In this document: in pieces, positions 1 through 8,615 of the stretch
Layout of the letters: the number at the start of each line of letters is the position of its first letter
Numbering within the stretch: the first letter of the stretch is position 1
Source: Candidatus Micrarchaeota archaeon
Lineage (GTDB): Archaea > Micrarchaeota > Micrarchaeia > Anstonellales > Bilamarchaeaceae
DNA: 39,260 bases
NCBI GenBank assembly: GCA_043816005.1
Contig: JBDRIM010000022.1
Span: 1 to 39,260, forward strand
Direction: 5' to 3'
The notes under the pieces: model-generated
What the model was told of the DNA's origin: nothing
The model's database searches: none
The model's input: only the letters and a program-made list of their open reading frames with translations
Position numbers and translations under genes: made by a program

Positions 1-9
1 GCCACAGTC

Positions 10-336
10 TCACGGCGAACCACACTGGCTATAGCCAGTACCGCATGGATTACAAGTTTTCACTGCATATGCACAACCTTTTTGTATGCACATTGCCCTT
101 GAACCAGGTGTACAAACCTTTTCCCAATAACAAGATGACCAATCACCATCAAAACATGTTGATGTGCCATTACATGAACTAATAAAACATTGTTTGGTTT
201 GATTAGTTGTACATAGTTGTGGTTGTTCTGAAGGAGGAGAATTGATTTGATGAGGGATTACAAACGGAAGTAGAGTAGAAGATATGATAAGAAGAAGAAT
301 AAAAAAAAGAATCAAAATAATTTTGTTTTTCACCAT
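10..336 (-). CDS. Small membrane-anchored/secreted Cys-rich protein with two tandem disulfide-type repeats
   Basis: N-terminal hydrophobic helix (IILILFFILLLII), Pro-rich linker, then two similar Cys modules CTTNQTKQC..C.GTSTC.DG.WSSC and CTPGSRAMC..C.YAVKTC..G.GYSQC; starts 1 nt after the sppA stop. Confidence 0.7.
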   Translation of the reverse strand: MVKNKIILILFFILLLIISSTLLPFVIPHQINSPPSEQPQLCTTNQTKQCFISSCNGTSTCFDGDWSSCYWEKVCTPGSRAMCIQKGCAYAVKTCNPCGTGYSQCGSP

Positions 337-337
337 A

Positions 338-1285
338 TCACTTGTAACTTAACTGTGGTGTTGACGAACCAGCCTGAAGTTTTTGAATAAGTGAATCGAG
401 ACCAAACAATCCACTTTCAGATACCATAGTAGGTGCAGGACAAACGCGTATCTCTTCGATAGAAGTTGCTTCGATCCCACTCAATTCTGCAGCCTTCATG
501 ATTGCATCTTTTTTGTTACCAAGTTGATCAACTAGGCCAACCTTTAGTGCCTGTCTGCCACTCATTATCCTTCCATCTGTGATATTTTCGAATTTAGTCA
601 TGTCTAATTTTGAACCACGGTTCTCAATTACTACTGATTTGAATTCGTCATATACTTCATTTATCAAAGTCTGCATGATTTCATACTATTCTGTGGTCAT
701 GTTCCGATATGGCGAACCAATATCTTTATGTTGAGCAGATTTTATTACAGTAACATTTAGACCAAGCTTATCAAACAATCCCTGCATTTCAGTAAATGTT
801 GCAATGACCCCTATACTACCAGTCAATGCAGCTGGATCTGAAATTATGTAATCAGTACCAGTTGCAGCATAGTATGCACCAGACGCAGCAACTTCTCGAA
901 AATATGCAACGCTTGGTTTATTTAGTTCCTGAATAGATTGGTAAATTTCGCGTGTTGCTACAACTGAACCACCTGGAGAATTAAACACTATGACAACAGA
1001 TCCAACGTCCTCTCGGTTATTCAAGTTTTCGATTGTTGCGGCTATTTGCTCTGAACTGGCAACTCCGTCTGAAAATAACGAAGATGATGATCCTTCAATA
1101 CTAAGTGGTTGGTTTATATCCACCACAGCAACACATTTCCCAACCAATGTTGGTGTTAGTGCTGAAATCAAAAAGAACATAAGTATAAGTGTGAAAAAAG
1201 CCATGATAAGAAGTAACCCTGTTCCAAGAATTAATCCGCTACCGGGTTTAACTGAGCGTCTTCTGACTTCAGATTGAGATTCCAT
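338..1285 (-). pseudogene. sppA: Signal peptide peptidase SppA (S49), interrupted by one in-frame TAG at 686-688 (nonsense mutation or sequencing error)
   Basis: ORFs 686..1285 and 338..676 are in the same frame: ...ATG ACC ACA GAA TAG TAT GAA ATC ATG CAG...; motifs NSPGGS, AASGAY, GSIGV, HKD, then DGRIMSGRQALKVGLVDQLG; N-terminal TM anchor. Confidence 0.85.
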
Positions 1286-1335
1286 GTATTGAAATCACAT
1301 GATATAAATATAAATGTTTAGAGAAGAAAATAATC

Positions 1336-1848
1336 ATGGCACTTTTAGATGTGTTACTTTTCCTTATTCCTATTTATATCGCAAATTCATCACCAGTAGT
1401 GTTGGGTGGAGGTATACCATTAGATTTTGGCAGGAGATTAAATGATGGAGAACGAATTCTTGGTGAGGGAAAAACAATAAGAGGATTTATTGGTGGTATT
1501 CTTGCAGGTACAGTTGCTGGTGGGATAGTAACTTTATATTATCCATTACCTTTTTTTGTCAATTCGCAGACTCAATTTTTCGCAGGATTTGTTCTGGCTT
1601 TTGGAACTCTCTGTGGGGATGCACTTGGAAGTTTCATAAAAAGAAGAGTAAAGATTCAATCTGGTAAGCCATTTCTTCTTGATATGATAATGTTTCTTAT
1701 TCTTGCCTTGTTTTTTGTTATGCCATTTGCGAAAGGTGAGTTTTTCACATATGTAAATCTTGTGTTTATTTTTGTTCTTACTCTTATTATTCATCCATCG
1801 ATGAATATATTGGCAAATAAAATTGGATTGAAGAAAGTTCCATGGTAA
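1336..1848 (+). CDS. carS: CDP-archaeol synthase (CDP-2,3-bis-O-geranylgeranyl-sn-glycerol synthase)
   Basis: PIYIANSSPV...PLDFGR...RILGEGKTIRG and GDALGSFIKRR...LD motifs; polytopic; C-terminal GLKKVPW. Confidence 0.9.
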   Translation: MALLDVLLFLIPIYIANSSPVVLGGGIPLDFGRRLNDGERILGEGKTIRGFIGGILAGTVAGGIVTLYYPLPFFVNSQTQFFAGFVLAFGTLCGDALGSFIKRRVKIQSGKPFLLDMIMFLILALFFVMPFAKGEFFTYVNLVFIFVLTLIIHPSMNILANKIGLKKVPW

Positions 1849-1861
1849 TTTTGGTTTTTTT

Positions 1862-2032
1862 AATGAACTCGCGTCCCGCTCGTTTTGGTGTTGGACTTGC
1901 CCCTGGACCCCGTATTCGCGTAGTGATGTTGTAATTGACGTTTCAATCACGAACATGTTCATGAACGGATTGCCGTTCATGACATTGATAAACAAAAAAC
2001 CTTTCGAACCCCCATCTCGAAGCGATCAGTAA
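1862..2032 (-). ncRNA. Candidate structured non-coding RNA / leader of unknown family
   Basis: GC-richer island between T-tract and A-tract; 10-bp perfect hairpin 1959-1982, 13-bp bulged hairpin 1926-1956 (G-U on minus strand, A-C on plus), hairpin 2003-2021. Confidence 0.3.
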
Positions 2033-2083
2033 TAAAAAAATAAAAAAGAAACAAACAAAAACATTGCCACAGTAAAAAAATAC

Positions 2084-3145
2084 ATGGAAGCAAAACTTCT
2101 CAAAGAAGCTTTAGAAAAAGGTAAAATAGAAAGAGTAAGCGCTGAAATTGAATATTTAAGATTCTCCGTCAGATTTAAAGGTATTGAAAGAGGCACAGTT
2201 GTAACTGCAAATAGAATAATTCCAGCTTACCCTCACATAAAACGAATTTTTACACTTGAAAATGGAATTAGGAATAATATCAAAGCCACGACAGTATATG
2301 TAGAAGAAAAAATAGACGGCTACAATGTGAGAATTTTATCAATAAACGAAAAAATTTATGCATTTTCAAGAGGCGGATTCTTGGATGTTTTTGTAACTGA
2401 AAAAGCAAGAGAAATGAGACTGGAAAAATTTTTCAAGGAATATCCAAATTATATTATATGTGGCGAGATGATTGGGAATACCCCACATACAGAGCCAACC
2501 AAAAAATTTGATGTTTTATTATATATATTTGATATAGATAGTGGAAACGAATTTGTAAGTTGTGAAGAAAGACATAAATTAGTGAAAAAGTATAAAATGG
2601 TTGGAGTTCCTGTTTTAGGAAAATTCAGAACAGATGATTATTCTAATTTAAGAAAAATAATACTTTCGCTTAACAAAAGCTGTAAAGAAGGAATGGTCAT
2701 AAAAAGCGAAGACAGAAAAGAAGCTGTGAAATATGTCACCGCACATTCAGATATAGAAGATATTGCACAAGCATCAAATCGGTTCTTTGATATGCCAATA
2801 GGATTTTATCACCAGCGTGTTTTGAGATCTGCAATGTTTATTAATGATTTTGGGATGGATAGAGAGGAGTATGCGAAAAAATTAGGTATTGCTTTTTACC
2901 GCGGCCTTGAAAGTTCAATAAACAATATCAAACAAAAAAAAGAAATAGTTGAAGAATTTGAAATTCTCATAAAGGACGAGAAAGTTTGGAAAGATATACT
3001 AAAACATAGCAGCAAAGATGCGAAGATAACTGAGATTTTCAGAAGAGAAGAAAAAGGAAACACACGAATACGATTTAGTAGAACTTATAAAAACACAAAA
3101 AAAATCCTAAGTAGTTATGCAAATGGAAAAGCAATTGAGGATTGA
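2084..3145 (+). CDS. ATP-dependent RNA ligase, Pab1020/Rnl3 family
   Basis: Nucleotidyltransferase motifs I EEKIDGYNVRI, III CGEM, IIIa YIFDI, IV EGMVIK, V VKYVT; YPHIKR N-terminal motif. Confidence 0.9.
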   Translation: MEAKLLKEALEKGKIERVSAEIEYLRFSVRFKGIERGTVVTANRIIPAYPHIKRIFTLENGIRNNIKATTVYVEEKIDGYNVRILSINEKIYAFSRGGFLDVFVTEKAREMRLEKFFKEYPNYIICGEMIGNTPHTEPTKKFDVLLYIFDIDSGNEFVSCEERHKLVKKYKMVGVPVLGKFRTDDYSNLRKIILSLNKSCKEGMVIKSEDRKEAVKYVTAHSDIEDIAQASNRFFDMPIGFYHQRVLRSAMFINDFGMDREEYAKKLGIAFYRGLESSINNIKQKKEIVEEFEILIKDEKVWKDILKHSSKDAKITEIFRREEKGNTRIRFSRTYKNTKKILSSYANGKAIED

Positions 3146-3712
3146 CTACTTTTTCAATTTTGCCAACATCGAATGAAATTTTGTTGCATCAATACACTCA
3201 GTCCCAACTTCATGTGCAAATTTAACAACACCCTCATCTGATGATACTATTGCAGCTTCAAGTTCTTTTGCAAGTAAGACAAGTTCAAAATCTTCCTTGC
3301 TATCTATTATCCCAGTACGCAAAGCATCCCGATATTTCTCACGAAGTTTGCTTAATTTCTTATCATTATCAGGATTGTTATCTTTTGCAAATTCTTCAGC
3401 AAGCCTCATGCCCTTATTCATCCTTAAGCGTATATCTTCAATAAAATTATAGAAAACAGCAGCAGGAAGATATATCCCATATGTGTTTGGCGCCCTCTTT
3501 TTTATGATAAGTTCAAATTCAGTTAATGCTTTCGGATCGATAAAGTTTGCTAGTTCTTTGAACACAATTGGTGGCATATAAAATTCAACATCAAGAGTAT
3601 GAACATGCTTGATAAATGCAAGCATTGCAGAGCTTGGATTTTTGCCGAATTTCTCACGGGCATATGGATTGACAAAAAGCGAGGTATCCAGAACATATTT
3701 GCGGTTGGCCAT
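3146..3712 (-). CDS. HARP / Aq_880-like protein-only RNase P (PIN domain; 'RNA ligase partner protein')
   Basis: VLDTS N-terminus, RxRMNKGMRLAEE spike helix, YRDALRTGIIDSKEDFELVLLAKEL...SSDEG; abuts RNA ligase stop. Confidence 0.9.
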   Translation of the reverse strand: MANRKYVLDTSLFVNPYAREKFGKNPSSAMLAFIKHVHTLDVEFYMPPIVFKELANFIDPKALTEFELIIKKRAPNTYGIYLPAAVFYNFIEDIRLRMNKGMRLAEEFAKDNNPDNDKKLSKLREKYRDALRTGIIDSKEDFELVLLAKELEAAIVSSDEGVVKFAHEVGTECIDATKFHSMLAKLKK

Positions 3713-3773
3713 GAGTGTGTAACAACTTCAAGGATTAAAATTGTTTACTTAAGCAAAATAAGGCAATGATTCA

Positions 3774-4853
3774 TCAGATTAACTTAACAAGTCCTCTTCC
3801 TATTTCTGGGATATTACCACCAAAAAGATTTGTAGTGTTGAGTACAAAAGTTAGAAGAACTACGAATGCAATCATTGGGAAAAGACATATCGAATGAGAA
3901 AGATGACGAGTGAAATCATCTATTTGAACAGTAAATACATCAACCAGTGCATCCTTATTTGCTTTGAGCTGATCTGGAAGTTCCATTGCTCTGCCAACAT
4001 CTGCAGCACCACATCCAAGAACTTTGACATCACCAGGATCTGGGATGGAACATACATATTGAGTGCCGCTCAATTGATCAGGATCGAATGTTGAGATTAC
4101 AGATTGTGAGAGAGGCGTTGCAGTAGCTGCCATGAGTATATATGCAAGTGGAAAAACAAAATAAAGTCCAATAGACATTGCTATTACATACGCCCCAGCA
4201 CCTCGCGTTGGTGGAAATGCACGGAGAGCAACGCCAATAGAGAAAAAGAAACCAGCATAAAATTTGATAAAGTTGAAAATATGAATAAGCAAGTAAAATA
4301 TGTACATGTAAAATGACAGTGATTGGGTTGCGTTAGCTATACGTTCAGATAACCATTTAACACCAAAACCAGATGCATGTTCAGACATGAAAATTTCCAT
4401 GTATATTGACGCCATTCCATCAACAGGGATAGCAAGTGCATAAAGAAATTGCATGAATTTTGTGACGCACCTCGTCGGGGTTGCCATAAATAATTTCATC
4501 CAATCAATCAAAGTATCGCACTGCCCAGTTATAGTATCACACTCAAACGAATAGCCAAAAGTTGCTGGATCACTGCATGACTTTCCGAATGATGTTAAAA
4601 ATAAACATCTTGCCAGACTATCACCTGGATCAGCAAGAAGCCTTTCAAGAGTAGGGATAGTAAAAACAACAATCATCACTATGACAACTGTTGAAATTGC
4701 ATAGATAAACTCGGTTTTTGCAACCTGTTCAAGACTTTTAAGACTGAAAAGACGTGACATGAGAATAAGTATGGATGCAGCCAACACCCCGATTGCAGCA
4801 GCAGCTATGGATATTGTACCCCAATCTGCGTAATAACTCATGTCAAATGCCAT
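3774..4853 (-). CDS. Polytopic membrane protein, paralog 6 of 6 (CedA/VirB6-like, tentative)
   Basis: EQVAKTEF motif, LRAFPPTRGAGAYVIA..LYFVFP, C-terminal FGG...GLVKLI. Confidence 0.75.
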   Translation of the reverse strand: MAFDMSYYADWGTISIAAAAIGVLAASILILMSRLFSLKSLEQVAKTEFIYAISTVVIVMIVVFTIPTLERLLADPGDSLARCLFLTSFGKSCSDPATFGYSFECDTITGQCDTLIDWMKLFMATPTRCVTKFMQFLYALAIPVDGMASIYMEIFMSEHASGFGVKWLSERIANATQSLSFYMYIFYLLIHIFNFIKFYAGFFFSIGVALRAFPPTRGAGAYVIAMSIGLYFVFPLAYILMAATATPLSQSVISTFDPDQLSGTQYVCSIPDPGDVKVLGCGAADVGRAMELPDQLKANKDALVDVFTVQIDDFTRHLSHSICLFPMIAFVVLLTFVLNTTNLFGGNIPEIGRGLVKLI

Positions 4854-5962
4854 TATATCATCCTTGTAAGAGAACTCACGTCAGCTTCTTCCCCTAAAGT
4901 CTTGCTTAAGACTTTTGCTGCAGCTGTAAATATGATAACATTTATTGCAGGAATTATAAAACCAACAACAAATGCAAAACTAATCATTGACATCGGAATA
5001 AGGAAAAGAGTAAGGAACATAGTACCTACAACTGATTGTATCATGTCTCCTATTCCTCCAAATACTCCACCGATTATATCCATTATGCCCCCGCCACCAG
5101 TATTGAAATTGTTTTCATAATACCGTTCAAGAGACTCCATAAAACCGCCATTAGCTGAATCGGAAAAGAAATCACTAATCATACTTCCAAATGAAACAAG
5201 CGGACCGCCTGAACGATTGTAGAAAATTGAGTACGTCAGTGTCGATAATGCAGGAAAAATAAAAAGGAACACCAATGCAACAGCAATCAATGTACCACCC
5301 AATTTCCTTGTTGGTGTAAATGATCTTAAGAAAATTCCTAATGGTAGATAAAAATTCAAAAATGCTTGGAGTGAAAATATGTAAACAACTAACTGTGCAT
5401 GATTGATAATGAAAGCAAGCGAAAGTGCAGTAGTCATATTGTAAAGAAGTTGTTTGAGTGGTGATGCAAGACCTGTAAGTGGTGATGCGACTAAACCAAC
5501 ACCAAGAGGTCTGGCATAAGGAGTCACAGAAGCAGATTGATCAACATAGATATTCATTATGTAATTAAGATTAAGCCAGCTGCTCATGTCAGTATCTACT
5601 TGCTCGTAATACATTTGAGCCGCTTCATAAATATTTGTATCATAGCCAACACTAGATGGGAGAAGGTCTAATGGAACAAAATCAGCAAGACGAAGATAAC
5701 TCAATGAACCAAGCATACCAAAGATAATCCCTATAAGCAATGCAGTTATCATAATTTCAAGTAATTCCTGTTTCACATATCCAATTAATTGCGGATTTCT
5801 GAAAAGTGTTCCCCACATATACATAGCTGCAAGCAATGTTATTGATGCCATCAAAGCTAATCCTGAAAGCGCAACAAACCACCAAAGTCCTGGAAGTGTT
5901 GCAAGAGCACCTGGATTTATCGCAGATGAACCGGAGATAATATCTATGGCGTCTTGCATCAA
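4853..5962 (-). CDS. Polytopic membrane protein, paralog 5 of 6 (CedA/VirB6-like, tentative)
   Basis: NPQLIGYVKQELLE, LRSFTPTRKLGGTLIA..FLFIFP, C-terminal LGEEADVSSLTRMI. Confidence 0.75.
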   Translation of the reverse strand: MMQDAIDIISGSSAINPGALATLPGLWWFVALSGLALMASITLLAAMYMWGTLFRNPQLIGYVKQELLEIMITALLIGIIFGMLGSLSYLRLADFVPLDLLPSSVGYDTNIYEAAQMYYEQVDTDMSSWLNLNYIMNIYVDQSASVTPYARPLGVGLVASPLTGLASPLKQLLYNMTTALSLAFIINHAQLVVYIFSLQAFLNFYLPLGIFLRSFTPTRKLGGTLIAVALVFLFIFPALSTLTYSIFYNRSGGPLVSFGSMISDFFSDSANGGFMESLERYYENNFNTGGGGIMDIIGGVFGGIGDMIQSVVGTMFLTLFLIPMSMISFAFVVGFIIPAINVIIFTAAAKVLSKTLGEEADVSSLTRMI

Positions 5963-7167
5963 ATCAACCGAAGGAAGGCAAAGAAATTTACATCTGCCTT
6001 GAAAAATTCAGCTGTCTCTTTTGCTGACGTCAGAGTAATGAATATATTGAGAAACGGCAAGAATACACTCATTATTACGATATAATACACTGCTCCTTTT
6101 ATTAGTTCAAATGCTAATGAAAGCGCGCTACCAAGGAAAAATTGTATAAACACGCCGGACATTAACAACATGACGATTACAACTGACCCAAAGACATTCA
6201 ATATGCCGCTTCTATGGAAAAAGCTATCCATTGCTTGCTGCGGATCAATGATTGTCAGTTTCATTATTTTATGGACTTCATAGTCGAAAATGAACATGAA
6301 TGGATAGAAAATAACTAATGAAAATGCGAGTGCAAGCACTGCTTCCCCACCATTTCTAGTCAAAGGAAATGCTCTAAGAAGCATCCCAAATGGAATAAAT
6401 AACCCCCACATCCATTTTTTGATGAAACACAATGTGACAACGTGAAGCAACCATTCACTTATGCCAAGTGAAAGAAATTGTAATGCACTTCCGATGATAT
6501 CAATAATAGGTTTAAGCACCGGACCAAGATTGAATGAATACATCGCACGCCAAGTCATACCAAACCACATCGTCGAAGAGTAGATTGTATGGATAACCAT
6601 GTTGTAAAGCATGAGCATGCTGTAGTGTGAGATCATGTCGCCAACCATAAGCCTTGAGAATCCCATCGCAGCATCCATAATGTTTTCGCTGTTACGATAA
6701 ATTGGATCGCTGCTTCCAGCAGTGCTTAAAGAATAGAAAAAGTTTACTGATACTAAAGCACCTATCACAACCATAACACGCATGAATGTCAAACCAGTTT
6801 GAAATGCTTCATCCTTTGCAATTGCAGTAAGATTTGGCGAGTTTAAAAACTGTCCAACAAGATAAAGACCTGTTATTCCAAAAATAACAATTAATCCGAC
6901 AAACGCTGCCGGAGCAAGCCATAAAGAAATTATTGTATCTACACCGAGAAGATTATTGATCCAATCGTCGCTGCAATCAGTTGGTTTGAATGCGCCTAAC
7001 ACCCCAGGTACAACACTACCAGCAGCAGAACCTGCGTTTACGAATGCATCAACTTCATCAGCAACACTATCTTTTGTTTCATTGAAAAACGTACTAAGTG
7101 AATTTGGATCTGCTGTGAATATAATAGAGGTTAATAATAGGAAAAATAATAATGGTAAAATTTTCAT
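5959..7167 (-). CDS. Polytopic membrane protein with signal peptide, paralog 4 of 6 (CedA/VirB6-like, tentative)
   Basis: SPNLTAIAKDEAFQ, LRAFPLTRNGGEAVLA..VIFYP, C-terminal ADVNFFAFLRLI. Confidence 0.75.
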   Translation of the reverse strand: MKILPLLFFLLLTSIIFTADPNSLSTFFNETKDSVADEVDAFVNAGSAAGSVVPGVLGAFKPTDCSDDWINNLLGVDTIISLWLAPAAFVGLIVIFGITGLYLVGQFLNSPNLTAIAKDEAFQTGLTFMRVMVVIGALVSVNFFYSLSTAGSSDPIYRNSENIMDAAMGFSRLMVGDMISHYSMLMLYNMVIHTIYSSTMWFGMTWRAMYSFNLGPVLKPIIDIIGSALQFLSLGISEWLLHVVTLCFIKKWMWGLFIPFGMLLRAFPLTRNGGEAVLALAFSLVIFYPFMFIFDYEVHKIMKLTIIDPQQAMDSFFHRSGILNVFGSVVIVMLLMSGVFIQFFLGSALSLAFELIKGAVYYIVIMSVFLPFLNIFITLTSAKETAEFFKADVNFFAFLRLI

Positions 7168-7168
7168 T

Positions 7169-8614
7169 TCATATCAGCCTCGTAAGACCTGCGATCTCTA
7201 TGTCGCCGCCAAATGTCACTGAAAGGGAACGTATCCCTGCAATTGTTCCAAGAATACTAAACAATGCAAAGAAAACAGACCAGAATGTCAATCTTGCAAG
7301 TGTATCTAAAGGACCACCGGATTCAAATGCAAATCCAATATAATTATCAGCTTTGTTTTCTTTTGAAACTTCATTGAACCAACTATCAGCGGATTCACTT
7401 GCTGCTTTTAGTACTTCTTGTTTCTCGTCTTCTGTTGCCGTAACAGTTTTTGTAAGATCAAAACCTGGAGTTGTCCTTTCTGTTGGAGATAATTCTCCGC
7501 TTTCCATTTTTTCATAGAACGTCTTTGAATCCATACCTTCCATTTGATTTAAGTAATCTAACGCGTCGCCGCTATTATATGTCCCACCAAGCAGCATTAT
7601 GCTTGTTCTGTTAAGATACATTGCATTGGCAATTGGCGGATCATGATACTCTGCTGGAACGTCGAAAGGGGTTGAACTTAATGCTGCAGGGTTTGCTTCA
7701 CTATTCTGCCAGGCAAGTTGGACAATTGGATCATTTTTTATATCAAGCATTATCAATGCCCCAAATGCATAGAATGATGGATATATGAAATAAAGCGCAA
7801 TTGCTATTGCTAACATTAAACCGCCTAATTTACGCGTAAATGGGAATGCCCTCAACAAAGCACCTATGACAAAGAATGCAGGGAATATGGCAATTGCAAT
7901 AAATCTTAGCATAACCTCTTGGAATTTAGTAAGCATGAGAAGTTTCATTGCCCATTCAAAACTAAGTTCCTTGATTTTATTACCCATGGTATAGAAACCT
8001 TTCCAGGGAGTAAATGTAAAGAACCCTGCTTTTTCAAAAATGAATTCTATGTTTATTGTAAATTCAGCATACATAGATGTTTTGATGTAATCAAGATAAG
8101 TAGTAAATGCAAAGTTTTTTGTTTCGTCAAAAACCTCGCGCATGTACCAGATCCCAAGCCGCATATGGCATGATTCAACCCCATGATAAACAGAAGCCGG
8201 ATTATATGAGATAGTACCTGGAATATCACTACTAGCGCAAATATCCTTGCATTCGTATCTTTTGATCGGGTTCCCACTTCCAAGAAAACTTTGTTCACCA
8301 TAATCAGTTGTTGGTATGTAAAAACTTGTTACGCTACCAGCACATCCAATACTGCTGCCTCCAGTACCACCGAAATTAGATACACCAAGCGAACCTTGGA
8401 CAACTGCATCAATTAAGGGAAGTCCAGTAATTCCAAGTGAGATGATAAGAGCAGAATAAAATATTTCTGCGAGTTCCATCTTTGCCCAGCCTTTCATCTT
8501 ATCATTCATGAACATTTCTGAAAGTGCATAGACAATGGCAACAAGGATTGTAGTAAGGCCGAGCGCAACGCCAGCAAACCAAACCCAGTCGTTCCAAAGA
8601 CCTAAAACTCCCAT
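7169..8614 (-). CDS. Polytopic membrane protein, paralog 3 of 6 (CedA/VirB6-like, tentative)
   Basis: NDKMKGWAKMELAE, LRAFPFTRKLGGLMLA..LYFIYP, C-terminal FGGDIEIAGLTRLI. Confidence 0.75.
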   Translation of the reverse strand: MGVLGLWNDWVWFAGVALGLTTILVAIVYALSEMFMNDKMKGWAKMELAEIFYSALIISLGITGLPLIDAVVQGSLGVSNFGGTGGSSIGCAGSVTSFYIPTTDYGEQSFLGSGNPIKRYECKDICASSDIPGTISYNPASVYHGVESCHMRLGIWYMREVFDETKNFAFTTYLDYIKTSMYAEFTINIEFIFEKAGFFTFTPWKGFYTMGNKIKELSFEWAMKLLMLTKFQEVMLRFIAIAIFPAFFVIGALLRAFPFTRKLGGLMLAIAIALYFIYPSFYAFGALIMLDIKNDPIVQLAWQNSEANPAALSSTPFDVPAEYHDPPIANAMYLNRTSIMLLGGTYNSGDALDYLNQMEGMDSKTFYEKMESGELSPTERTTPGFDLTKTVTATEDEKQEVLKAASESADSWFNEVSKENKADNYIGFAFESGGPLDTLARLTFWSVFFALFSILGTIAGIRSLSVTFGGDIEIAGLTRLI

Positions 8615-8615
8615 A

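Noticed and set aside
686..688. Genome-wide TAG reassignment
   Set aside because: TAG terminates several conserved genes at their expected ends and only one in-frame case was seen
1546..1995. 149-aa minus-strand ORF
   Set aside because: Antisense to carS, non-ATG start, no motifs; runs through the structured element
1862..2032. Identification of the element as RNase P RNA, SRP RNA or 5S rRNA
   Set aside because: Only fragments resemble them (TGAAACG, GGGGCAAGTCC, CCCATCTCGAA); RNase P CR-I/CR-V, SRP helix 8 and the 5S helices are not present in proper form
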